Of a DNA stretch of 58,886 nucleotides, positions 1 through 8,867 are shown in pieces. Under the pieces are notes generated by a model that did not search any database, was not told where the DNA came from, and saw only the letters and a program-made list of their open reading frames with translations. Numbering within the stretch: position 1 is the stretch's first letter; every line of letters begins with the position of its first letter. Made by a program: the position numbers and the translations under genes. Origin of the DNA: Desulfuromonadales bacterium (GTDB lineage: Bacteria; Desulfobacterota; Desulfuromonadia; Desulfuromonadales; UBA2197); NCBI GenBank assembly GCA_034370465.1, contig JAXMLA010000192.1:1-58886 (forward strand), given 5' to 3'.

Positions 1-876
1 GGGGAGGGAGAAGATCGGCACCCCCTTCTTGATCGCGAAGGCGAGGGGGCGACCGGGTTTGATATCGACCTTCCAGAAGAGCTGCTTGGCGCCGAGTTCT
101 CCGAGGATTTCGCGCACCAGATCGCGGTCGCCGGCCGAGACCCCGGCCGAGGTGATGAGGAGATCACAGTGAAGGCCGGCGCTGAGTTTGGCGCGCAGCG
201 ATTCGCGGTCGTCGCTGGCAATGCCGAGTTGCACCGGCACGCCGCCGAGTTCGAGGACCGAGGCGGCGAGGGACCAGCTGTTGCTGTTGATGATCCGTCC
301 GGCGGTGAGGGGCTCTCCGAGTTCGATCAGTTCGTCGCCGGTGGAGAGGATGGCGACGCGGGGACGACAATGGACGGCGACATCCATCCGCCCCAGGGAG
401 GCGAGCATGCTGATCTCGGCCGGCCGCAGGATGGTGCCGACCGGGAGGACCTCCTCGCCGCTGCGCACGTCTTCGCCGCGACGACGGATGTGATTGCCGG
501 GAGGAAGGGGGCCACGCAGGGTGACGGTCGCCCCGTCATTCTCGGTCTCTTCGATCGGGACGACGGCGTCAGCCCCCGGCGGCAGCGGCGCCCCGGTCAT
601 GATGCGGACCGCGCACCCCGGCAGGACCGGCGGTTGTTCGGTACTGCCGGCGGCGAGATAGCCGCTGACCGTCAGAGTTTTGCCGGGACCGCTGTCAACA
701 GCGCGCAGGGCATAGCCGTCCATCGCTGAATTATCGAAGTGCGGGAGATCAAAGGGAGCGATCACCCCTACAGCGATCGCCCGCCCGAGGGCTTCGAGGA
801 GCGGGACGGTCTCGGCGGCCAGAGGCTGGATCTGCGCCAGGATCAGTTGCTGCGCATCTTCGTAGCTCAGGGGCAT
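1..876 (-). CDS. moeA: Molybdopterin molybdenum/tungsten transferase MoeA paralog 2, 3' end runs off the window
   Basis: Not in ORF track (no stop in window). Manual translation from ATG at 876: MPLSYEDAQQLILAQIQPL...FDNSAMDGYA...IMTGA...TSAGVSAGDRD...WKVDIKPGRP; clearly paralogous to 867..2108. Confidence 0.92.
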   Translation of the reverse strand, partial: MPLSYEDAQQLILAQIQPLAAETVPLLEALGRAIAVGVIAPFDLPHFDNSAMDGYALRAVDSGPGKTLTVSGYLAAGSTEQPPVLPGCAVRIMTGAPLPPGADAVVPIEETENDGATVTLRGPLPPGNHIRRRGEDVRSGEEVLPVGTILRPAEISMLASLGRMDVAVHCRPRVAILSTGDELIELGEPLTAGRIINSNSWSLAASVLELGGVPVQLGIASDDRESLRAKLSAGLHCDLLITSAGVSAGDRDLVREILGELGAKQLFWKVDIKPGRPLAFAIKKGVPIFSLP

Positions 877-2108
877 GGTTCCCTCCCCTCAAAGGGGTCA
901 AGCATCACCACCTCGTCATTGAGGAGATGGAGGTCGACCTCGCTCCCGGCGGCAAGGACGGTCGCATCCGCGGGAAGGATGGCGAGGCCGTTGGCGCGGA
1001 CCATGGTGCGCAAGGTGCTGGTGCGCTGATCGCCGGAGGTGCTGACCCGAAAGCGCCCCGCCGCCAGGGTCACCTGCACCCGCATGAAGAGGGTTTTTCC
1101 CGCCTCCTTGCGAATCTCTTCCTGGAGGATCGCCTTGAGCAGGGGGCGGAGGACGCGGCGATGCCCCATCATCTGCAACAGCGCCGGGCGGACCAGCTCC
1201 TCGAAGGTCACCATGGTCGAGACCGGGTTGCCGGGGAGGGAGAAGACCGGCACCTGCCCGCGGATGCCGAAGGCGGTCGGCCCCCCCGGTTTCATGGCGA
1301 TCTTCCAGAAGAACTGCTGGACGCCGAGTTCGGCCAGGACCTCACGCACCAGATCGCGATCGCCGGCCGAGACCCCGGCCGAGGTGATCAGTACATCGCA
1401 GTCAAGACCGGCAGAAAAGAGGCGGCGATGGCTGTCGAGATCATCGCGGGCGATGCCGAGGAGGAGCGCTTCTGCGCCGCACTCCTGCACCGCAGCCGCC
1501 AGGGAGTAGGCATTGGAATTGACGATCTGCCCGGCGCTACGCGCCTCCCCCGGTTCGACGAGTTCGTCACCGGTCGAGACGATGGCGACGCGGGGGCGGC
1601 GGTGGACGGCGATCGACAGCCGCCCCAGAGAGGCGAGCATGCTGATTTCCGGCGGGCGGATCAGGGTGCCGCAGGGGATGACGATCGTCCCCTGTGCGAC
1701 ATCTTCACCGCGACGGCGGATGTACTGGTGGCGGCTGACCGGGGTAAGAATCCGCACAAACCCGCCTTCTTCCTGTGTCACCTCCACCGGCACGACCGCA
1801 TCACAACCGGCCGGCAAGGCGGCGCCGGTCATGATCTTGACAGCACTGCCAGCGGTCACCACCGGGGTCGGCGAGCCGCCGGCAGCGATGAAGCCGGTGA
1901 CCCTGAGGAGGGTCCCGGCCTGACAGTCGGCGGCGTGGATCGCATAACCATCCATGGCCGAGACATCACAATCGGGGAGATCGCAGGGGGAGATCACCTC
2001 TTCGGCGAGGATGCGGCCGGCGGCGGCCAGGAGCATCACCCGTTCGACCCCGAGGGTCGGAACCTGCTCGAGGATGAGCTGGCGGGCGTCGCTAAAGGAG
2101 ATCGGCAT
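867..2108 (-). CDS. moeA: Molybdopterin molybdenum/tungsten transferase MoeA paralog 1
   Basis: SAMDGYA, IMTGA, STGDEL, TSAGVSAGDRD, LPGNP motifs; start MPISFSD overlaps the tupC stop (TGATG). Confidence 0.95.
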   Translation of the reverse strand: MPISFSDARQLILEQVPTLGVERVMLLAAAGRILAEEVISPCDLPDCDVSAMDGYAIHAADCQAGTLLRVTGFIAAGGSPTPVVTAGSAVKIMTGAALPAGCDAVVPVEVTQEEGGFVRILTPVSRHQYIRRRGEDVAQGTIVIPCGTLIRPPEISMLASLGRLSIAVHRRPRVAIVSTGDELVEPGEARSAGQIVNSNAYSLAAAVQECGAEALLLGIARDDLDSHRRLFSAGLDCDVLITSAGVSAGDRDLVREVLAELGVQQFFWKIAMKPGGPTAFGIRGQVPVFSLPGNPVSTMVTFEELVRPALLQMMGHRRVLRPLLKAILQEEIRKEAGKTLFMRVQVTLAAGRFRVSTSGDQRTSTLRTMVRANGLAILPADATVLAAGSEVDLHLLNDEVVMLDPFEGREPCP

Positions 2109-2794
2109 CAGTGCGCCTCCAGGACATGGGGAGAGTTGGCAACGAGGGGTGGGCAAAGACGTCCGCGGTCGAGAGTCAGGACGATCCCGTCGAGCCGCCG
2201 CGACTGATCTTTGTCGTGACTGGCGATGACGAGGGTCGTCCCCTGCCCCTTGAGAGTTGCCAGACAAGCTTCAAAGAGGGGGAGAACTTCCCGGTCGAGC
2301 CCGGCGGTCGGTTCGTCGAGGAGGAGGAGTTGCGGCCGCAGCACCATGGCCCGGGCGAGGGCGACGCGGCGACTCTCCCCGCCGGAGAGGGTGCGGACAT
2401 GGCGCTCTTCGAAACCGGCCAGCCCCACCGTCTCCAGAGCCTTGCGGATGCGGCGATCCTGCAGCTCGCCACGCACGTCCCGCAGACGCAGACCAAAGGC
2501 GAGGTTCTGATAGACGCTGGTGGCAAAGAGGTAGGGTTGCTGTTCGACCAGGGTGATGCTCCGGCGCAAGCGCTGCCGCTGCGTTTCTTCCCTGACCACT
2601 TCGCCAGAGAAAGAGATGCTCCCGGCGGTCGGCACCAGCAGCAGGGCGAGGAGATGAAGGAAAGTACTCTTGCCGGCGCCGTTCGTCCCTTCAAGAAGAT
2701 AGATCTGCCCGCTCTCCAGTTCGAGATGGTTTATCGCCAGGCAAAAATCGCCGCGCTGGAAGGTCAGGTCGTGCAAGGTTGCGAAGGGCGCCAT
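2108..2794 (-). CDS. tupC: Tungstate ABC transporter ATP-binding subunit
   Basis: Walker A GTNGAGKS, LSGGE signature, LLLLDEP; follows tupAB. Confidence 0.88.
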   Translation of the reverse strand: MAPFATLHDLTFQRGDFCLAINHLELESGQIYLLEGTNGAGKSTFLHLLALLLVPTAGSISFSGEVVREETQRQRLRRSITLVEQQPYLFATSVYQNLAFGLRLRDVRGELQDRRIRKALETVGLAGFEERHVRTLSGGESRRVALARAMVLRPQLLLLDEPTAGLDREVLPLFEACLATLKGQGTTLVIASHDKDQSRRLDGIVLTLDRGRLCPPLVANSPHVLEAH

Positions 2795-2799
2795 AATCT

Positions 2800-3486
2800 T
2801 TACCTTTGCTGCAGGAGGTTGAGAAAGAGGTTGACGATCAAGGCCACACTCATCAGCACGAGTCCGAGAGCGAGGCCAAAGGCAAACTCCCCTTTGCTCG
2901 TCTCCAGAGCGATGGCGGTGGTCATCGTCCGGGTGCTGCCGCGGATATTGCCGCCGAGCATCATCGCCACCCCGACCTCGGCGATCACCCGGCCGAAGCC
3001 GGCGACGATCGCCGCCATCATCCCGAAACGGACCTCCAAAAGGAGCTGACAGGCGCCGCGCAGTCGGCCGGCGCCGAGAGTCAGGGCGGTCGGCAGGATG
3101 CGCGGATCAGCGCCGGCGACCGCGGCCAGGGTGTAGTTGGCGACGATCGGAACCGCCAGAACCACCTGCCCGGCGATCATCGCCCAGGGAGTAAAGAGGA
3201 GTCCCAGGGGTCCGAGGGGACCCTGGCGACTGAAGAGGCCGAAGAGAACCAGTCCGACCACCACTGTCGGCAACGCCATCAAGGTGTTGAGGAGGGTGGT
3301 GAGAAACCGCTGTCCCGGGAAGCTGCCGAGGCCGATCGCGGCGCCGATCGGAATACCGAGCAGCGCCGCGACGACGATCGCCAGCAGCGAGGTGTAGAGG
3401 GAGACCCAGACCGCACTCGCGACATCCTGGTTCAGGTTGATGATCATGCCGAGCGCCGCGCTCAGCGAGGTGAGCAGGTAGTCCAA
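2800..3486 (-). CDS. tupB: Tungstate ABC transporter permease
   Basis: Hydrophobic; LPTVVVGL, GPLGPLGLLFT, GGNIRGSTRTMTTAIALETSKG typical of TupB; TTG start. Confidence 0.92.
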   Translation of the reverse strand: MDYLLTSLSAALGMIINLNQDVASAVWVSLYTSLLAIVVAALLGIPIGAAIGLGSFPGQRFLTTLLNTLMALPTVVVGLVLFGLFSRQGPLGPLGLLFTPWAMIAGQVVLAVPIVANYTLAAVAGADPRILPTALTLGAGRLRGACQLLLEVRFGMMAAIVAGFGRVIAEVGVAMMLGGNIRGSTRTMTTAIALETSKGEFAFGLALGLVLMSVALIVNLFLNLLQQR

Positions 3487-3498
3487 GCGGATCTCCCC

Positions 3499-4293
3499 TT
3501 ACTTGCTGATGTAGAAGAGTTGATCGCCGTTGATCTTGAAACCGGTGATCAGGCTCTGCCCCTGCTTTGAAGTCAGAAAGTCGATGAACTTCTTCGCCAG
3601 TGCGACCTTGACGTGCGGATGTTTGGCCGGATTGACCATGATCACGCCGTAGGGATTGAAGAGGACGGGGTCCCCTTCGACCGCGACCTTGAGGTTGGTC
3701 TTGCTCTTGTAAGCGAGATAGGTGCCGCGATCGGCGAGGGTGTAGCCGCCGCGCTCGGTCGCCATGGTGATGACCTCGCCCATGCCGAGGCCGGCTTCGA
3801 GATACCAGCTGCCGCTCGGGGTGACACCGGCTGATTTCCAGATCTCCTTCTCCATCTGATGCGTCCCGGAATCGTCGCCGCGGGAGACGAAGGTCGCCTT
3901 TTTGGCGGCGATCCTGGTCAGCGCTGCCGCAACATTCTTCGTCCCGGCGATCCCGGCCGGGTCAGCGCTCGGGCCAAGGAGGACGAAGTCGTTATACATG
4001 ACATCGCGGCGATCGACGCCGAAGCCGGCGGCGACGAACTTGTCCTCGGCCTTGCGGGCGTGGACGAGGACAACATCGACATCGCCGGTCTCGCCCAGTT
4101 TGAGGGCCTTGCCGGTGCCGACGGCGATGACATCGACCTTGCAGTTGTTGGCCGCCTCGAAGGGGGGGAGGAGGTCGGCGAGGAGACCGGAGTTCTCGGT
4201 GGAGGTGGTCGTCGCCAGGCGCAGATGCTCGATGGCAAAAGCCGGTACGGCGAGGAGGATTAACAACAGGGCCGTCACTAAACGCTGCATCAT
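3499..4293 (-). CDS. tupA: Tungstate ABC transporter substrate-binding protein
   Basis: Signal peptide, TupA-diagnostic ATTTS motif, GTGKAL, SRGDDSGTH, NPY. Confidence 0.93.
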   Translation of the reverse strand: MMQRLVTALLLILLAVPAFAIEHLRLATTTSTENSGLLADLLPPFEAANNCKVDVIAVGTGKALKLGETGDVDVVLVHARKAEDKFVAAGFGVDRRDVMYNDFVLLGPSADPAGIAGTKNVAAALTRIAAKKATFVSRGDDSGTHQMEKEIWKSAGVTPSGSWYLEAGLGMGEVITMATERGGYTLADRGTYLAYKSKTNLKVAVEGDPVLFNPYGVIMVNPAKHPHVKVALAKKFIDFLTSKQGQSLITGFKINGDQLFYISK

Positions 4294-4372
4294 GATAGTT
4301 CTCCTTGGGTTGCGAGAGGGGTCTCCCCTTCCCTTTCTTCACTCAATAAAATCTGCTCCGGACCATCCGCAG

Positions 4373-4753
4373 TCAGATAAATACTTCCCGTTTCCTGATC
4401 GTCTTCATCTTCTTGAGGAGCTCCAGACCGACCTGACAGGCGGCAAAGCTGTTGGCACTCGCCTCGGCGCAGACGGCCACCAGGGAGATGATCTCACCAA
4501 CCTCCAGCACTCCGCTGCGCCGTTGCAGCAGCACATCGCTGATCGGCCATCCCGCCCGCAGGATGCTGACGATCTCTTCGAGCTCGGCTTCCGCCCCGGC
4601 TTCGGCCTGATATTCGACGGCGCTGCTCCTCTGCCCGCTGCCGCCATCAGCCTTGACCACGGCAAAATGGAGGAGGATAGAGCCGGCGCGTCCCGGCTGG
4701 AGGAGCTGATAGCTGCGTTGCGGATCGATAGGGTCGGTGACGATCTGGATCAT
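4373..4753 (-). CDS. moaE: MoaE-like molybdopterin synthase large subunit (divergent)
   Basis: MIQIVTDPIDP...GSILLHFAVVK...RSGVLEVGEIISLVAV...FAAC...LKK..RKRE; RBS GGAGG before ATG 4753. Confidence 0.72.
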   Translation of the reverse strand: MIQIVTDPIDPQRSYQLLQPGRAGSILLHFAVVKADGGSGQRSSAVEYQAEAGAEAELEEIVSILRAGWPISDVLLQRRSGVLEVGEIISLVAVCAEASANSFAACQVGLELLKKMKTIRKREVFI

Positions 4754-4795
4754 TTTGGCCTCCGGTTGGGTTGAAAGATTTTGTGCAGGGGCCAT

Positions 4796-4827
4796 AAAAA
4801 AGGTCCCTTTCCAATTGGAAAGGGACC
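4796..4827 (-). terminator. Intrinsic terminator, probable riboswitch expression platform
   Basis: Perfect inverted repeat GGTCCCTTTCCAA/TTGGAAAGGGACC followed by T6 on the minus strand, between the Moco-type aptamer and moaE. Confidence 0.85.
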
Positions 4828-4855
4828 CGAATCCGGCACACCTGGGGCGCGCGGG

Positions 4856-4958
4856 GGGTTCTCCTTTCCAAAAGGGAGGCATGGCCGTTTCCAGCCATAC
4901 CCGTTGGCCGCACGCCCTGGGGATCAACCCGTTAGGCGCTGTGGCTCGGAGAGAGTTT
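4856..4958 (-). ncRNA. Moco/Tuco RNA motif (molybdenum/tungsten cofactor riboswitch)
   Basis: Minus strand CTCCGAGCC...CCTAA...GGCCAACGG-GTATGGCTG GAAA CGGCCATGC-CTCCC TTTTGGAAAGGAG matches the Moco motif hallmarks; lies upstream of moaE-tupABC-moeA. Confidence 0.85.
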
Positions 4959-4973
4959 CAATTGTCGTTGCCT

Positions 4974-5014
4974 CCCCTGCACAGCAGGGGGGGTGCCCAA
5001 AGGGCGGGGGGGTC
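4974..5014. repeat. G/C-rich palindromic dispersed repeat, copy 1
   Basis: CCCCTGCACAGCAGGGGGGGTGCCCAAAGGGCGGGGGGGTC, near-identical to 34844..34882. Confidence 0.7.
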
Positions 5015-5021
5015 CTACCGC

Positions 5022-5840
5022 TTACAGCGGGATTTCCTCGACCTCCATGTCGAGCAGGTTGATATTCAGCTGCCGGTTGCGCAGCAATCGTCCTTGACCA
5101 AGCAGGATCTTGCAGACTTCGGCCACTTGAAAACTGGCCACCACCGCCGGGGTGAAGGCGGGGTTGCCGAGCTGCTGTTCGATCCCCTTGCCGCCGCTCC
5201 AGTGGCGATAGAGTTTGGCCAGGGAACGGTCGCCAGGGAAGATGGTGGTGACGTGGCCATACCAGCCGCCGATGGCGCCGTGCACCAGCGGAACCTGCAG
5301 GCCTTCGCAGAGCTCCTCCAGTTCGAGGCGGGAAGGGACGTTGTCGACCGCATCGACCACACAGTCAGCGCCGGCCAGGAGGCTAACTCCCTGCGCCTTG
5401 TCGAGGCGCGCCTGCACCGCGCGCACCGTCACTGCCGGATTGATCTCGGCGATTCGCTCCGCCGCCACCTCCACCTTGACGCGACCGAGCTTGGCCGGCG
5501 ACGCAAGGAGTTGGCGGTTCAAATTGTGTTCCTCAAAGACGTCATCGTCGATGATGACGATCTGCCCGACGCCGAGGCGCGCCAGCTCTTCGAGGATATA
5601 GCCCCCGAGCCCGCCGGCGCCGACCACCGCCACGCTGCTGCGCAGGAGCCGGAGCTGCTGGGGGGTGGAGATCATCTGCTGGTTGCGCTGGTAACGCGCC
5701 GGCAGCAGGTTGTTCTCTAAAATTCTTCCCTCCACAGCGGCCAATGTCAATTCGAAATCTGCCGCTGCCTGGCACTGGTCCTGCCAGGAGATCAGTCCGG
5801 AGAGAGCCTTAGTCGCGAGGAAAGTAGCCAGCGCCGTCAT
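5022..5840 (-). CDS. ThiF/MoeB/HesA family sulfur-carrier adenylyltransferase
   Basis: RYQRN, VVGAGGLG, DDDVFEEHNLNRQ, VDAVDN; directly after a MoaD-like gene. Confidence 0.9.
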   Translation of the reverse strand: MTALATFLATKALSGLISWQDQCQAAADFELTLAAVEGRILENNLLPARYQRNQQMISTPQQLRLLRSSVAVVGAGGLGGYILEELARLGVGQIVIIDDDVFEEHNLNRQLLASPAKLGRVKVEVAAERIAEINPAVTVRAVQARLDKAQGVSLLAGADCVVDAVDNVPSRLELEELCEGLQVPLVHGAIGGWYGHVTTIFPGDRSLAKLYRHWSGGKGIEQQLGNPAFTPAVVASFQVAEVCKILLGQGRLLRNRQLNINLLDMEVEEIPL

Positions 5841-5841
5841 T

Positions 5842-6066
5842 TCAGCCGCCGCCGACCAGGGGAAAGATCGCCAGCGTTTCGCCATCGACCAGCACCCGAT
5901 CGAGATCAACATGGCGGCTGCTCACCAGCAGGATGCCGAGCTGGGTCCGCGGGAGTTGCAGTTCGCTCACGATCTCGCCGACGGTCGTCCCTTGCGGATA
6001 GGTGCGCTCTTCGATCTCGAAGCGATCTTTACGAAAGGTGGCAAAGAGCTTGACGGTGATCTTCAT
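5842..6066 (-). CDS. moaD: MoaD/ThiS family sulfur carrier protein
   Basis: 74 aa, MKITVKLFATFR...LAIFPLVGGG with C-terminal GG. Confidence 0.9.
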   Translation of the reverse strand: MKITVKLFATFRKDRFEIEERTYPQGTTVGEIVSELQLPRTQLGILLVSSRHVDLDRVLVDGETLAIFPLVGGG

Positions 6067-6674
6067 GCGACCTCCTCTCCGGAATAGACCTTGAGCTTGA
6101 TAACTTCCGTGGCGGCGGGGAGATTCGTCCCGGCGCGGAGCTGATCGACCGGTAACGCCCGGCCGTCCAGCCAATAGCCCCGAACCCGCAATTGCTCCGG
6201 TTGCTGCGTAAGAAACTCCTGCCAGCGCGCTGCGCTGAGGAGGATACCCCGTGATAACAGGCGCGGGCCGAGTTCGGGGAGGAGGAGATTGAAGAGTTTG
6301 AGCTTGATCGTCCCCGATTTCACCTCCGGCGCCGTTGCTTCGTTGCGGTAGGTCATGTTGCCGCGCATCGCCGCGTAAAAACCGCCGCTGCGCATCGTCG
6401 CCCCGACCAGTCCCGGCATCGCGCCGGAGAGGGCGAGGACCGCGCCGTCGTAGATCCGGGCACTATCCATATTGTCGACCGCCCGGTGGTTGACAAAGAC
6501 GGTGGTAATCCGGGTGGAGATATATTCGGCGGCGATGCCGAACTGTTCGATCAAAAGCTCGCGGATAGTGCAACCGGACTTGACTTCCACCTCGACCCCC
6601 TCCTGAAAAAGGGGGAAGAAGATGCGCAGCAGCTCCGGCGCCAATTGCACCTCAATCGATCGACCACCCTGCAT
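6063..6674 (-). CDS. Hypothetical protein with a probable ubiquitin-like (beta-grasp) region
   Basis: TIRELL...TVFVNHRAVD...DGAVLALSGAMPGLVG; sits in the operon between aor and moaD, stop overlaps the moaD start. Confidence 0.7.
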   Translation of the reverse strand: MQGGRSIEVQLAPELLRIFFPLFQEGVEVEVKSGCTIRELLIEQFGIAAEYISTRITTVFVNHRAVDNMDSARIYDGAVLALSGAMPGLVGATMRSGGFYAAMRGNMTYRNEATAPEVKSGTIKLKLFNLLLPELGPRLLSRGILLSAARWQEFLTQQPEQLRVRGYWLDGRALPVDQLRAGTNLPAATEVIKLKVYSGEEVA

Positions 6675-6741
6675 GCGCTCCGGTCCTTTCCAATGACGGG
6701 AGGGGAGACCGGATCCGGCCTCCCCTCCTCTTGACAAAAAC

Positions 6742-8478
6742 CTACCAGTTATAGACCGAATCGAGTTCCTCATCCGTCATCGAGAAGACCTGATTATGAG
6801 GAGCGATCGGGTCGGTGTAGAAGTAGCGCGGCAGCCGGTCGTGCGCCGCGGTGAAGCCGGCCCGGGTATTGAAGTCGCGCTCGGCCGAGAGGACGGTCTT
6901 GCCGAGGGCAACGACGCCGTCGCCGGTGAGCTCGGTGCCGTAGAAGGCATTGAGCATGTCGAGGAGCGCCTGGAAGGTCTCGGGCTGATCGAGGATGGCA
7001 AAGGCGATAAAGAGGCACATGCCGGTGGAGTCGATCGCCGCGGTGGCGATCTGCAGGTTGCGGGAGAGCTCGATCTGTCCTTCGGTCTTGAGCGGATCGA
7101 CATCGCCGCCGACCTTGAGGATGTTGGTGGCGATGGCATAACCGGCAGTGTGGTCGGCGCCCTGGGTGGTGGTGGCGTAGGTGACGCCGATCCCCTGGAT
7201 CGGACGGGGATCGTAAGCCGGCATCGCCTGCCCCTTGACGGTCGGCACCTTCTCGACGCCGAAGACTTTGCCGGTGATATCGGCACCGCTGGCGAGGATG
7301 CGGCCGAGGGGGGTCCCCTTGCCGACTTCCTCCATCAGGCGGATGGCGCCGGCGCGGTCGCCGAACTCGATGAGGCCGGCATCCATGGCGACGCCGATGG
7401 CGACCCCCATGTCGATGGTATCGACGCCGAAGTTGTCATCCATGAAGTCGAGCTGGGCCACGGTGTCGAGATCGTCGATGCCGCAGTGGCCACCGTGCGA
7501 CCAGACCGTCTCATATTCGGGCTGTTTGGTCAGGTAGTTGCCGTCTTTGTCGTTGTAGATCCCCGAACACTGGATGACGCAGCCGCGATGGCAGCCGTGG
7601 GTGGCAGAGCCGCCGCGTTTGATCTCCAGTTCGGCCTGAGCTTCGCCGCTGAGCTTGGCCGACCCTTCGAAGACCCCGGATTTGAAGTTGCGGGTCGGAT
7701 AGCCGCCGGCTTCGTTGAGGACGTTGGTGAGGACGTTGGTGCCGTAGGCCGGCAGCCCTTCGCCGGTGACCGGATGCTTGCGCAGTCCCTCGACGAACTT
7801 GCGGTTGGCGTCGCGATACTTCTCCGGATCCTGCGGCGGCCGCTGCTTGCAGCCGGCATCGTCGAGGATGATCGCCTTGACCCGCTTCGAGCCCATGACC
7901 GCACCGACGCCGCCGCGGCCGCAATGGCGGGTGGGACGGAGTTCTGGATCGGTACAGGCGATGGAGGCGATGTACAATTGCCGCTCACCCGCCGAGCCGA
8001 TCGACATGTATGCGACCTTGTCGCCGTACTCTTCACGCAGTTTGGCAACCAGCGGGTAGTTGTCCATCAACTTCAGACTGTTATCAACGATGACCTTGAC
8101 CCCGTCCTTGCTGACGTGAATCTTGTAAAGGTCATCCCCTTCCGGCTTCCCTTCGAGGACGATGGCGGCGTAGCCGATGCGGGCGAGGACCTGGGCAGCC
8201 TGGCCGCCGGCGTTCGACTCCTTGATCGTCCCGGTGAGCGGGCTCTTGCAGCCGACCGAGAGGCGGCCGGTCATGGCGCCGGTGGTACCGCTAAGCATCC
8301 CCGGAGCGATGACGAGCTTGTTCTCGGCGCCGAGGGGGTGACAAAGCGGATGCACCTCTTTGCTGACCATTAGCGAGGTTACTGCCCGACCGCCAAGACC
8401 GGCGTACTCGCCGACCGGCTCGGTCGTTACTTTCGGGCCACCTTTGGCCCCCATGTCGATTCTGACTATTTTGTCCAT
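6742..8478 (-). CDS. aor: Aldehyde:ferredoxin oxidoreductase, tungsten bis-pterin AOR family
   Basis: KSPLTGTIKESNAGG, GRGGVGAVMGSK, CHRGCVIQC, EYET, DDNFGVDT, YDPR, DSTGMCLF; linked to Tup and pterin genes. Confidence 0.95.
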   Translation of the reverse strand: MDKIVRIDMGAKGGPKVTTEPVGEYAGLGGRAVTSLMVSKEVHPLCHPLGAENKLVIAPGMLSGTTGAMTGRLSVGCKSPLTGTIKESNAGGQAAQVLARIGYAAIVLEGKPEGDDLYKIHVSKDGVKVIVDNSLKLMDNYPLVAKLREEYGDKVAYMSIGSAGERQLYIASIACTDPELRPTRHCGRGGVGAVMGSKRVKAIILDDAGCKQRPPQDPEKYRDANRKFVEGLRKHPVTGEGLPAYGTNVLTNVLNEAGGYPTRNFKSGVFEGSAKLSGEAQAELEIKRGGSATHGCHRGCVIQCSGIYNDKDGNYLTKQPEYETVWSHGGHCGIDDLDTVAQLDFMDDNFGVDTIDMGVAIGVAMDAGLIEFGDRAGAIRLMEEVGKGTPLGRILASGADITGKVFGVEKVPTVKGQAMPAYDPRPIQGIGVTYATTTQGADHTAGYAIATNILKVGGDVDPLKTEGQIELSRNLQIATAAIDSTGMCLFIAFAILDQPETFQALLDMLNAFYGTELTGDGVVALGKTVLSAERDFNTRAGFTAAHDRLPRYFYTDPIAPHNQVFSMTDEELDSVYNW

Positions 8479-8510
8479 TCCTGCTTCTCCTTTACCGTGC
8501 CAAGGTGTAG

Positions 8511-8607
8511 AAGCTCCTTTCCACCAGGGAGGCAGTGCCGTTTCCAGCACCACCCATTGGCCCTTCACCTTGGGGTCATCCCTTTAGGCAACCAGGCTCG
8601 GAGTTTG
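8511..8607 (-). ncRNA. Moco/Tuco RNA motif riboswitch in the aor leader
   Basis: AACTCCGAGCC...CCTAAAGG...GGCCAATGG-GTGGTGCTG GAAA CGGCACTGC-CTCCC TGGTGGAAAGGAGCTT; same architecture as 4856..4958. Confidence 0.85.
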
Positions 8608-8657
8608 TTCCACTTAACTGTGACCAGCCCTCCACGAGGGAGGATATACTCCTTCTG

Positions 8658-8673
8658 TGCAATGCCGATGCCA
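8658..8673 (-). promoter_or_regulatory. sigma54 -24/-12 promoter of the aor operon
   Basis: TGGCAT-CGGCA-TTGCA on the minus strand, upstream of the riboswitch. Confidence 0.85.
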
Positions 8674-8823
8674 TTTCATAAAACATCGGTTTGCAAATTT
8701 TGTCCATAAAATTTCAGCTGCCTAGCGTGCAAATCTCCCGACTTTTACCGACCGCTCAAAGTGCTGTTTTGGGTATTTTCTCCCCACCACTCATTTCCTT
8801 GGCAGGTGGGGGGGAATTATTCC

Positions 8824-8858
8824 TGGGGAATAAATCTACGCCGTGGCAAAACTCCCCA
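8824..8858. promoter_or_regulatory. Paired 16-bp putative enhancer (EBP-binding) sites
   Basis: TGGGGAATAAATCTAC-gcc-GTGGCAAAACTCCCCA, ~150 bp upstream of -24; recurs at the other sigma54 promoters. Confidence 0.65.
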
Positions 8859-8867
8859 TATCTCCTC

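Noticed and set aside
8479-8568. N-terminal extensions of the aor ORF and of the moaE ORF (4754..4927)
   Set aside because: They read through riboswitch aptamers; downstream ATGs have better RBSs
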